DNA from: a bacterium
GTDB lineage: Bacteria; Bacteroidota; Bacteroidia; Chitinophagales; JADIYW01
Length of the DNA stretch: 64,000 nucleotides
Direction of reading: 5' to 3'
NCBI GenBank assembly: GCA_037189845.1
Contig: JBBCIS010000003.1
Span: forward strand, 385,477 to 449,476
Position 1 is the stretch's first letter. Each line of letters begins with the position of its first letter. The position numbers and the translations under genes were made by a program. The notes under the pieces were generated by a model. The model saw only the letters and a list, made by a program, of their open reading frames with translations. It was not told the DNA's origin and did not search any database. Below are positions 28,901 through 36,524 of the stretch, piece after piece.

Positions 28901-30837
28901 ATTTTAGTCGTTTGAGTGGTATCTTCTATTTTAAGGCTGTTCAGTATGTCAATGAGCAATTCTAATTGTCCTGCTATGCTCAGACATTCCTTTTCAATGA
29001 CCTGTGCATCTATGACTTTACTGACAGCTTCGATAGCCTGACGTTGTGCTTCGATATTTTTCTCATAAGGCAGTAAAGCATTCTCCTGTAATAAAAAGTT
29101 GATGGTTTCCTGTGAAAGTTGTTCATTGAATGCTTTAACCTGCTCTGACAAAGCCTGAATTGCCTGCTCATCAATATATCTTACCTGTAATAATTCAATG
29201 ATACTGCCCTGCGCCAGGCGGACAGTATGTAGCTGTCTGACCAGCTCATCGACTGCGGTATAACGGGCATTCCTGATGGTTTGACTCAATTGTGCAATGC
29301 GTTCCTGCATGAGCTTTTCTTGTGCGGATGCGTACTGACGCTGTGCCTGTACTTTGGCAAATTCATCTATAGCTGTATTGGCTATCTCGCTGATGGCTTT
29401 CAGCGGTTCTGCAAGATTGAAAGTTTCTTCGTCAGCCAGCCAGAAATAGCTGTCTGTCATCGCACGGGACAATCTGGCTATATCTTCATACAATCCTTCA
29501 TAACTGTCTTCTTTCCTGAGCAGCTGTACTATCTCATATCCTTCAGACATGGCGTGTACGATATCTTTATTGCCGATTTTGTACAGGACATTGTTTCTCA
29601 TTTCCCGATTTTCCACCAGGATTGCGGTATATGGAGTCTGCCAGATTTGTACCTGATGATGCCTGATGGCTTCACGTTCTGATTTGAAATAAATCAGCTT
29701 TCCATCCTGAAAAATTGTAAATCCATTGCAGATGATGGGCGTATTGACCTGCTGCTGAATCACGTTGTAAGACATCAATACATAGGTATTGGAGGTCTTC
29801 TGATAATAAACATACAGATAGTCTTCTCCATTCGGAGCTATCATGGTACGCATGTATTCCAGCTCATCTATTCCGTTGTCGAAGAGCTTATATTCTCCGT
29901 TTTGCAGATAATAGCCGTTGGAAAAGATAATTCCCTGCTGATCCGGCAATAGAACTCCGCTGTACAACAGGCTCGGAATATTATGGACTTCTTTTGTCCT
30001 GATGTTATAAATATAGGCTCTGGACTCTTCCTGGTAGGGCTGTATTTTGATAGCAATCAGGTTGCCTAAATCCGCATAAAAATAGTTGGCATCATCCAGC
30101 TGCTGATCCTTGTTGCTGACTGGTTCTGAGTAAATTCCCAGTCCACTCTCCGTATTATCTTCAATTTTGAAGGTGATGTCTCCGTTGATCGCTTCGATAA
30201 ACACCTTGTCCAGGATAGATATATGCGGATGTACCCCCAATCGCCTGTCTTCCAGACTGGTCTTTTTGAAATCAAAGCTATACTGTGGTGCAGTTCTGAC
30301 CTCATGAATGCTTCTGTCATCTATGTATTGCAGGCGATTTCCATCTATATACCACTTAAAAGCTTTCCTGTCGGCTACATTTTTTGAGCTCTGGAAAATC
30401 ATGTACAGATAATTCTCCGTCTTGTAGAATTTGGAGAAAAAGGCTTCTCTGTAGTATTTATAGAGGTTTTTAAAATCTGCTTCAAACTGTGGATCTGCAA
30501 TCAAATCCAGTGTCGTAGGCTCAAATTGTATATCCTGAAAATGATAGATACTGAATACATCATCCAGTGAGATCTCTTCTCTCAATCCAAAGTGAACATT
30601 GTAAGCAAAAATGCAATGCTCGCCCAATGCTATTATACCTCTCGCTACTCCATTGTGCTCGGTAGTGATACGCTGATTGGCAATCAGTGCAAACTGTTCG
30701 GTATTGAAAATGGCTTTTCTTCCAACATTCAATGCTGCCAAGCGATCGCTCAGTATCTTGCTCTGCTCCTGTAAACGATTACGGATAATTTCGTAAGTAC
30801 CCGCTTCTAAAGACATCATTGGATTGGATTTTGGCAT
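25990..30837 (-). CDS. giant (1615 aa) multidomain protein with MoxR-type AAA+ ATPase core; function unknown
   Basis: Uninterrupted ORF. Walker A LLLISPPGYGKTT at ~27061-27090, Walker B MLYVDDIQ, and MoxR-like sensor-1/helix-2 region FCVVMAGNPYTESGNLFKIPDMLANRSDVY. ~450-aa beta-rich N-domain and ~600-aa Q/E/L-rich helical middle. Confidence 0.7.
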   Translation of the reverse strand: MPKSNPMMSLEAGTYEIIRNRLQEQSKILSDRLAALNVGRKAIFNTEQFALIANQRITTEHNGVARGIIALGEHCIFAYNVHFGLREEISLDDVFSIYHFQDIQFEPTTLDLIADPQFEADFKNLYKYYREAFFSKFYKTENYLYMIFQSSKNVADRKAFKWYIDGNRLQYIDDRSIHEVRTAPQYSFDFKKTSLEDRRLGVHPHISILDKVFIEAINGDITFKIEDNTESGLGIYSEPVSNKDQQLDDANYFYADLGNLIAIKIQPYQEESRAYIYNIRTKEVHNIPSLLYSGVLLPDQQGIIFSNGYYLQNGEYKLFDNGIDELEYMRTMIAPNGEDYLYVYYQKTSNTYVLMSYNVIQQQVNTPIICNGFTIFQDGKLIYFKSEREAIRHHQVQIWQTPYTAILVENREMRNNVLYKIGNKDIVHAMSEGYEIVQLLRKEDSYEGLYEDIARLSRAMTDSYFWLADEETFNLAEPLKAISEIANTAIDEFAKVQAQRQYASAQEKLMQERIAQLSQTIRNARYTAVDELVRQLHTVRLAQGSIIELLQVRYIDEQAIQALSEQVKAFNEQLSQETINFLLQENALLPYEKNIEAQRQAIEAVSKVIDAQVIEKECLSIAGQLELLIDILNSLKIEDTTQTTKIIENISLLFSTLNEVRALLNRKISTLKSSEAVGEFHAQLTLLEQSIVNFLDLSDTVEKTDNYFTKISVHIEELESKFADFDEFIMKIADKRDEVVKAFNGKKEMLIAQINKRTGNLEQIGLRVLKSVETKARSFSSTEEIFSFFAGDLMIEKIRNLAQELQQLGDVGKAENLLNSLKLAQENAVRVLHDQAELFVDGQNIIALGTYKFAVNKQELSLTIVKHQDRLMYHLMGTNFYQPIDQKIFQQYISVWDQDYRSENPGVYRAEYLAYLTFIAYTKTDNGFSALTYIDNLIERDYAGGYVKGVHNTDALMIFEALLKMYEELGVLRFSVEIRVQAQLYWKQLEEATREKLSQWIQSAHKIHQLFQTPFEELKSFKALTQEIQKIHPELHQRTIHSIASYLIAEFEDTPVFTASIPAIHIKNDFIRHLNDLHQMERFEEDARNQQYSLYERYHTISDWIEAFVTTQKENSYNLKYIEEAACLLVFEFDAYREHIGTDAMTIHDLKGTHPVISDQGYHIQYHDFLNRLQHFDETTVPLYDSFRETKRGLIQKYEQRLKIQEMRPKVLSSFMRNKLINEVYFPMIGANLSKQLGTIGNDKRTARMGMLLLISPPGYGKTTLMEYLAATMGLHFVKINGPTIGHRITSIDPSEATNSGAKAELEKINLSFEMADNVMLYVDDIQHCSPEFLQQFISLADGQRKIDGIFESESKTYDLRGKRFCVVMAGNPYTESGNLFKIPDMLANRSDVYNLGDVAGESRQYFDLSLIENAISENRYLQAIAHKNINDLYKLIQYIERKEEYSPELEANHTAAEIEDSIAVLKNCLYIRNIILQVNELYIQSAGMKDTYRTEPAFKLQGSYRNMNKMVTKVVPLMNEQELIQLVIGSYEADAQTLTSDAEANLLKLKHLMHIATPEEQARYLHITETFRKNNQFSGIADDDKTAQVLMQFSGLNEHMQKLVKLLGKRGGDN

Positions 30838-30890
30838 TGATTTGAGGTTAAAGACATGAGACGAGAGACAATAGACTTAAGAAGTTTAAG

Positions 30891-30950
30891 GTTTAAAGTC
30901 TAAGGTTTAAAGTTTGCTCACGCAACGATTGAAAACCTTAGACTTTAAAC
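30891..30950. promoter_or_regulatory. 18-bp perfect inverted repeat GTTTAAAGTCTAAGGTTT-N24-AAACCTTAGACTTTAAAC between the flotillin and giant-ATPase genes
   Basis: Arms at 30891-30908 and 30933-30950 are exact reverse complements. No U-tract follows on the coding (minus) strand. Adjacent direct repeats AAGGTTTAAAGT x2. Confidence 0.6.
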
Positions 30951-30962
30951 AACTTATCAGAT

Positions 30963-33038
30963 TTACGAAAGCTTTTTATTAGACAATCCGAGATTGCTGG
31001 CCATATTCAAAAGATTATTGATTAACGGCCGGTCAGAATCATCACTCTGCTGATGCATTTTGAGTAAGATGCTGGAAATCGTCAGATTCTTAATATCGTT
31101 GGTGCTGACATTGTATTTGTCAGCAAAATCTCTGATTTTATCCAGTAGATCTCCGTTGGAAGAGCCATCTCCAATCAATGCATTTTTGATATGCGTGGCA
31201 TTCTCACTTTCGTTGATTAATCTATCGAAACCTTTGGCGTTAGAAACCTGATCGACAATATTCCGGAAGAACATGGTCTCTCCACCTACGATATCTATGT
31301 TGGCTGATTTCAGTGCCTCGGAAAGGACATCTGCCTGAGCCACTGCAACATCTTTCTGGATATTGATCTGTGCAAGTGCAATATCTTTATCTTTCTGCAC
31401 AAGGATTTTGAACTCTTCGTGGTCTTTGCCAACGCCGTCCAGCTTCTTCATTGCCTCTGCTTTCTCTTCAATACCGGATGCTTCTGCCAACGCTTTCTCT
31501 TTTGTTCCTTCTGCTTCCGCAAATGCTTTTTGTTTCATCACTTCCGCTTCCATCAGACCTTCTTTGCGTTTCGCATCTGCCATTTTCTCTACTACATTCG
31601 CCTCGACGATACCCTGGCGCTCAGTTGCAGCTGCTTTTGCCATCATTACTTCTGCTTCAGATAAACCGATAGTCGCTTCCTCACGTGCCTGGGCTTCTGC
31701 AAGAATTTTCCTTGCTTCTGCTTGTTTTGTAGCTGCATCTTTACGAGCTTCTGCATCGATCAGCATTTCTTTGGCTTTTTCTTCCGCCGCCTTTTTGTCC
31801 GCTTCTGCCGCTTTCACGGTATAGATTAATTTTTCTTCTGCCTGACGGGAAGCTTCGGTGATACCGACTGTTTTCACTCTTTCCACCTCACGGAAAGCTT
31901 CAATATCTTTGATGTTCTGCTCTTCTTCGACTACGCCTTTTTCTAATTTGACGCGCTCTTTGATGACATCCTGGATGTTTTTGCGTTCGATCTCGACCGT
32001 TTTTTCTTTCTCTATCTGGGCGAGTGTGACAATTTTCTCTTTTTCTGTCTGCTCCAATAATTTGTCTTTCTCTACTCTTTCAGTCTCTACCGCATCTGTT
32101 CTCAGCTTATTTTTCTCTGCAATGATGATCTGACGGAGCTTATTTTCTTCCTGAATGGCTAATTGTTCTTCTGTACGGATTCTGACCGTTTCAGATTTTA
32201 GTCTTTCTTCTTCTCTGACTTTGAGAATTTCTGCTTCTTCCCTGGATTTAATATTGTCAATTTCTCTTTTTTGCTTCTCTTCTTTTTCAGCCATCTGACG
32301 TTCCAATTCCAGTATAGCTTCTCTGGCTTCTACATTTTGTTTTTTGATGACTTTCTCCTCTTCTCTGCGGATCAGATTGGATTTGATATTCTGAGCGGCA
32401 GTCAGTTCCGTGATCTTTTTGATACCTTCTGAATCAAGGATATTTTCTGCACTTAAAAATCTTAGTTCCGTCTGTTCTAAATAATCGATAGCACAATCAT
32501 CTAAAATATATCCATTGAGGTCAGTACCGATCACATCCAGAATCTCATCCCTGAACTCCCGACGTGCTTCATACAGCTCTATGAAATCGAATTTTTTACC
32601 CGCAGTTTTAAGTGCTTCAGAAAATTTGGCTTCAAAAACGTTATTCAGCGTATCTACATCACTGGCACGGTCGCAACCTATCACCTGCGCTACATTGATG
32701 ACGTCATCAACACTTTTGTTGACCCGTACAAAAAATGCAACTTTGATATCTGCCCGGATATTATCCTTACAAATCAAACCATCGTGTTCCATCCGGTCGA
32801 TTTGTAATTTTTTTACGGAAATATCCATTATTTCCATTTTATGCAAAATAGGAATCACGTACATACCACTGTTAAAAGCAACCTTGCTGCCTCCGACACC
32901 TGTCCTTACGATAGCCTTGCCTTGCGGAATTTTTTTGTAAAATGTCGCAAATGCAAATAGTACAACGACGATAATGAAGATCACTCCGCATATCAACAGG
33001 ATGAGTAATCCTCCCAAATTGTCAAATAATGTTCCCAT
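30963..33038 (-). CDS. flotillin-family SPFH (band 7) protein
   Basis: N-terminal TM segment; SPFH domain; ~350 aa of E/K/A/R-rich coiled coil; 691 aa. Architecture of YqiK/FloT-type flotillins. Confidence 0.85.
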   Translation of the reverse strand: MGTLFDNLGGLLILLICGVIFIIVVVLFAFATFYKKIPQGKAIVRTGVGGSKVAFNSGMYVIPILHKMEIMDISVKKLQIDRMEHDGLICKDNIRADIKVAFFVRVNKSVDDVINVAQVIGCDRASDVDTLNNVFEAKFSEALKTAGKKFDFIELYEARREFRDEILDVIGTDLNGYILDDCAIDYLEQTELRFLSAENILDSEGIKKITELTAAQNIKSNLIRREEEKVIKKQNVEAREAILELERQMAEKEEKQKREIDNIKSREEAEILKVREEERLKSETVRIRTEEQLAIQEENKLRQIIIAEKNKLRTDAVETERVEKDKLLEQTEKEKIVTLAQIEKEKTVEIERKNIQDVIKERVKLEKGVVEEEQNIKDIEAFREVERVKTVGITEASRQAEEKLIYTVKAAEADKKAAEEKAKEMLIDAEARKDAATKQAEARKILAEAQAREEATIGLSEAEVMMAKAAATERQGIVEANVVEKMADAKRKEGLMEAEVMKQKAFAEAEGTKEKALAEASGIEEKAEAMKKLDGVGKDHEEFKILVQKDKDIALAQINIQKDVAVAQADVLSEALKSANIDIVGGETMFFRNIVDQVSNAKGFDRLINESENATHIKNALIGDGSSNGDLLDKIRDFADKYNVSTNDIKNLTISSILLKMHQQSDDSDRPLINNLLNMASNLGLSNKKLS

Positions 33039-33188
33039 GAAAATTGATTTAGTTTTAAATGTTTAAGGTTTTTTTAGTTTAAAGCCGATGAGTTTCGACA
33101 GGTGGTTTCCGGATCATTTCGACTCCGCTCAATGACCTCTTCAACACTCTATAGTGTTAACAAATTCGGCAATCGTAAATTGTAATTT

Positions 33189-33848
33189 TTAGTCTTGTAA
33201 TACATTTTGAACAGTAATCTCCGGAATGACCCAGTAGTATTTTCCTCCGTCTCCTTCATCTACCAGCATAACCTCTGCATTATATGAAATACGTTGTTTT
33301 GATTTACTTTTTACCAAAACCCTGATAACATCTTTCATAATGATAACTTCAGCATATCCCAGCTTGTCTCCTTCGATAGTAGATTTCATAAATCCTGTCC
33401 GCCCGATCAGCTCATGTGCTTCTTCGCCATTATATCCCATTGTTTTATACACTTTGATGAGTGGTTTGGTGGCCCATCTGGTCAAAAAATATGCAATGAA
33501 AAAAACCGGTAACAATATCAAAGCAGACTTCCAGCCCCATGCACCGATGTTCCAGATCATAGAAGCAGCTAAAGTAAACAACCAGGAAATCAGCTTGAAT
33601 GTACTGAGGACGACCATTATCGGCACTTTACCTACGTTAATAAATTCCAGCGCTTTGGAAAAAAAAGATGGTTCTGCGCCGTCAAGATCTGTGTCTACAT
33701 CTAATCCTTCCGGTGCTCCTACATCCAGGTCTCCCAGAAAATCTCCTGAAACGAATGTGACTAACCAATATATAGCAGACAGTCCTACTAAAGCCGTCAT
33801 GATAGCATTCGGTAAAGGGTCAAACAGATAGCTGATAATTGTTACCAT
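33189..33848 (-). CDS. NfeD-like membrane protein (YuaF/YqiJ-type, C-terminal OB-fold)
   Basis: Multi-TM N-terminus; C-terminal ...GDKLGYAEVIIMKDVIRVLVKSKSKQRISYNAEVMLVDE beta-barrel pattern. Sits immediately upstream of the flotillin gene, as in yuaF-floT / yqiJK. Confidence 0.65.
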   Translation of the reverse strand: MVTIISYLFDPLPNAIMTALVGLSAIYWLVTFVSGDFLGDLDVGAPEGLDVDTDLDGAEPSFFSKALEFINVGKVPIMVVLSTFKLISWLFTLAASMIWNIGAWGWKSALILLPVFFIAYFLTRWATKPLIKVYKTMGYNGEEAHELIGRTGFMKSTIEGDKLGYAEVIIMKDVIRVLVKSKSKQRISYNAEVMLVDEGDGGKYYWVIPEITVQNVLQD

Positions 33849-33867
33849 TGATTTTTATTCTTTTTGT

Positions 33868-34566
33868 TTACATACCCAGCTTGCTTTTGATTTCCGCAAG
33901 CTCTTTTTGAATAGAAAACCGATCATCTTTACAGATCTCGTCTATTTCATCTTTCACGCTGTGCTGAGCCTGAGCAATTTCTCCATACGCTTTAGCGAGT
34001 GCTTCCTGATCTTCAACTTTATCTTTCATTCTCTCCAGCATAGAAATCGTACTGTTGCTTTCAATCTGAGCGATTTGCTTATTCACCTGTTGTGTAGCAG
34101 CACTCACTTTGACTCTTGCACGTAACGTTTTCAGCTCCTTTTCCCATTTCGCCAGATTTTCTTTCAAGATCTGGATATTCTTCAGCATCTCTACTCCGGT
34201 CTGCTCATGAGTTTCCGCTTGTTGACCCAGCATTTCCGCATCCTCCAGATATTTTCTTTTCAGCGAAAGTGCCTCTGTTGCCAATTGCTCGGCTTTTTCA
34301 ATTTCCAGTTCCTGATCCTGTGCTTTTTTCAAAATCAGGATCGCCTTGTCTCCATAACTGACAGATTCCTTTTCACAGTGTGTCTGCTCATTTCGGGCAC
34401 GGATGCCCAAAGCTTTTACTCTGGCATACGCCTCTGTCGCTTGTGTCAAATCTTCTCTCAATTCTCTCAAACCCTGCTCTGTCATCTTCACAGGATCTTC
34501 CATTTTTTCTACAGCGGCATGAATCTCTGCCTGACCGATTCGAAATAATCTCTTGAAAATATTCAT
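33868..34566 (-). CDS. pspA: PspA/IM30 (ESCRT-III superfamily) protein
   Basis: MNIFKRLFRIGQAEIHAAVEKMEDPVKMTEQGLRELREDL aligns with the PspA/Vipp1 N-terminus (E. coli [28 protein letters not shown]); all-helical; 232 aa. Confidence 0.85.
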   Translation of the reverse strand: MNIFKRLFRIGQAEIHAAVEKMEDPVKMTEQGLRELREDLTQATEAYARVKALGIRARNEQTHCEKESVSYGDKAILILKKAQDQELEIEKAEQLATEALSLKRKYLEDAEMLGQQAETHEQTGVEMLKNIQILKENLAKWEKELKTLRARVKVSAATQQVNKQIAQIESNSTISMLERMKDKVEDQEALAKAYGEIAQAQHSVKDEIDEICKDDRFSIQKELAEIKSKLGM

Positions 34567-34585
34567 AACTTATAAATTTTAAAAA

Positions 34586-34984
34586 TTATCGTTTAGAAAA
34601 ATATATTATCTGCTCTCTGTATTCATAGAGTAGTAACCCTAATGAGTTCAGTGCAGCTTCCAGCTCGTTGAAATCCATATTCTCAATCTGCATGGTATAC
34701 CTGTACAAAACTTTATCACCCTCTTCGTTGATCACAAAGGCCCCATGCAGCATATCCCTGTTTTTCTGCAGCAATGCCTTGAACATTTCAAGATTATCTT
34801 CCTTGAATGAAAAGAGATAATACTCCATGATCAACAAGGGTGGCACTACGCCAATAATCAGATTCCTGATTCCGTCCTGCTCATTCTCAATTTTCATGAT
34901 TCCGGACAACTCATCTGCATAAGTCACTTTGTACTCTGCCTGGTGAATCAACTCCCTGATTTTATCCATGTATGATACTCTCAT
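34586..34984 (-). CDS. YbjN/DUF2170-like (type III secretion chaperone-fold) small protein, PspA-adjacent
   Basis: ~133 aa from Met MRVSYMDKIREL. Size, alpha/beta pattern and position next to pspA resemble E. coli yjfI-yjfJ and YbjN-family proteins. The ORF-track N-extension to 35074 is rejected. Confidence 0.45.
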   Translation of the reverse strand: MRVSYMDKIRELIHQAEYKVTYADELSGIMKIENEQDGIRNLIIGVVPPLLIMEYYLFSFKEDNLEMFKALLQKNRDMLHGAFVINEEGDKVLYRYTMQIENMDFNELEAALNSLGLLLYEYREQIIYFSKR

Positions 34985-35051
34985 AGGCAATTTATTTTTA
35001 GATTGAAAATATTGCTTACCTTTAAGCATAATAAAATTAGCAAAAAATATT

Positions 35052-35078
35052 TTAATTGCAAATATTTTTTGCAATTAA
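35052..35078. promoter_or_regulatory. perfect palindromic operator TTAATTGCAAA-N5-TTTGCAATTAA in the divergent promoter between the XRE regulator and the PspA cluster
   Basis: 11-bp arms are exact reverse complements. Additional half-site-like AATTAGCAAAA (35033) and AATTAGCACAT (35087, overlapping the XRE start codon). Confidence 0.7.
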
Positions 35079-35097
35079 GGAAAAATAATTAGCACAT

Positions 35098-35775
35098 ATG
35101 ACAAAGTTCGGTGTAAATATTAAGAAAATCAGGAAGACAAAAGGGCTAAGCCAACAGTCTCTTGCCGATATTTTCAATATTACCAGGGGGAACATCTCTT
35201 CTTATGAAGATAACCGCGCTGAGCCCAGACTAGAAACTATTATATCAATTGCTAATTATTTTGGCATTACAATTGAAAAATTATTAACAAAAGACCTCAC
35301 TATTAATGAGATCCTGCAGTTCAATTCAGATAAAATCATAGAAGATGAACAGAGATTGAGCAATCTGAAGCTGAAAGATGTTTATTTTATTAGCGATGAT
35401 ATTTTAGCAAAAGGCCTGCATCAGGATATCAGCTTTGAGGATTTTGACCAGTTTCCGCTTATTAAAATTCCGGACACCAGCACTTCATCTATTATCGCAT
35501 TGAGCTTCAATTCTAATATCCCGCATCATCAATATTTTGAGCAGTTTCCTTTAAATGATTTGTTGTTTTTCAGAAATATAGACCCTGCAAATATTCATCT
35601 TCTGGATCAGAAAATGGGGATGTCACTGAGTTCTCATAGCATTGTTTTAGGTCAATTTATTCAAGAACCTGATCAGGAAATTACTTTTTTTCTGAATCAG
35701 CAGTATCAGGAAAAAGTGGACTTGCAACAGACCAAGAGATACTGGAAGTTATTTGCCAGCTACAAGCATTTATAG
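35098..35775 (+). CDS. XRE (Cro/cI-type) HTH transcriptional regulator with uncharacterised C-terminal domain
   Basis: N-terminal IKKIRKTKGLSQQSLADIFNITRGNISSYEDNRAEPRLETIISIANYFGITIEKLL is a canonical XRE HTH; 225 aa. Confidence 0.8.
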   Translation: MTKFGVNIKKIRKTKGLSQQSLADIFNITRGNISSYEDNRAEPRLETIISIANYFGITIEKLLTKDLTINEILQFNSDKIIEDEQRLSNLKLKDVYFISDDILAKGLHQDISFEDFDQFPLIKIPDTSTSSIIALSFNSNIPHHQYFEQFPLNDLLFFRNIDPANIHLLDQKMGMSLSSHSIVLGQFIQEPDQEITFFLNQQYQEKVDLQQTKRYWKLFASYKHL

Positions 35776-36085
35776 TTGAACCTTATTTTTCTGCCACTAA
35801 GGCACCAAGGTACAAAGATATTTAACTATAAAAATTAGACTAAAAATTTCGAGTCTTTGTGTCTTAGTGGCAAATATTACAATTCTGACACGAAGCCACA
35901 AAGGTGTTTAGCAATAAGAATCAGATGATAAGACATTTGTAACCAACTCCATTTACGGCTATATTTTTTCAAAAAAATCACTACGAAATGAGCTTCACGC
36001 ATGAGACAAGATGCATGAATTTTTCTTTGGAGAGCTATCTACAACTTTCACTTTTTAGATGGATATTTGATTAAAATCTACATAT

Positions 36086-36484
36086 ATGAAACACCTTGCT
36101 TTTTGTTTTTTAGCACTATTTACATATAAGGCAAATGCCCAACTAATTATCACAACATCTTTACGCCAAGATGCTGTCTGGGATGAAAATAAAGAAGAAT
36201 GGGAGGTACTTTCTTCTGAAGAAGGGAGTACACTTTTTGAGTTTGACCGCGAACTGACGCAATTCAAGCATACTACTCCAAGTATATCATCTGTTTATTA
36301 CATCGAAGATTGGGAGTACAATGAAGAAAATGTAAAATACACGATGGATGTTACGAGTGATGCAGGGAATGAGTATGAGTTAATCATTGACGGTATCAAC
36401 AATTGTGTGGCATTTTTTTACTGGAAGCAGGATAAATATATTCTCGTCAGACACACGATTGCTGAGACCAGGTTTGAAGAGTAG
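36086..36484 (+). CDS. hypothetical small secreted protein
   Basis: Signal peptide MKHLAFCFLALFTYKANAQ; no recognisable motif. Confidence 0.4.
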   Translation: MKHLAFCFLALFTYKANAQLIITTSLRQDAVWDENKEEWEVLSSEEGSTLFEFDRELTQFKHTTPSISSVYYIEDWEYNEENVKYTMDVTSDAGNEYELIIDGINNCVAFFYWKQDKYILVRHTIAETRFEE

Positions 36485-36524
36485 GTAAGTTCTTATTCTG
36501 AAAAATATCAACCGGTAGACAAAT

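Noticed and set aside
31363-32940. Plus-strand ORFs (73-153 aa) inside the flotillin gene
   Set aside because: They are antisense frames of the E/K/A coiled-coil region, giving S/A/F-rich low-complexity translations.
34985-35074. N-terminal extension of the YbjN-like ORF
   Set aside because: The hydrophobic and non-conserved extension would leave a 23-bp divergent promoter and overlap the operator palindrome. The internal Met at 34984 is preferred.
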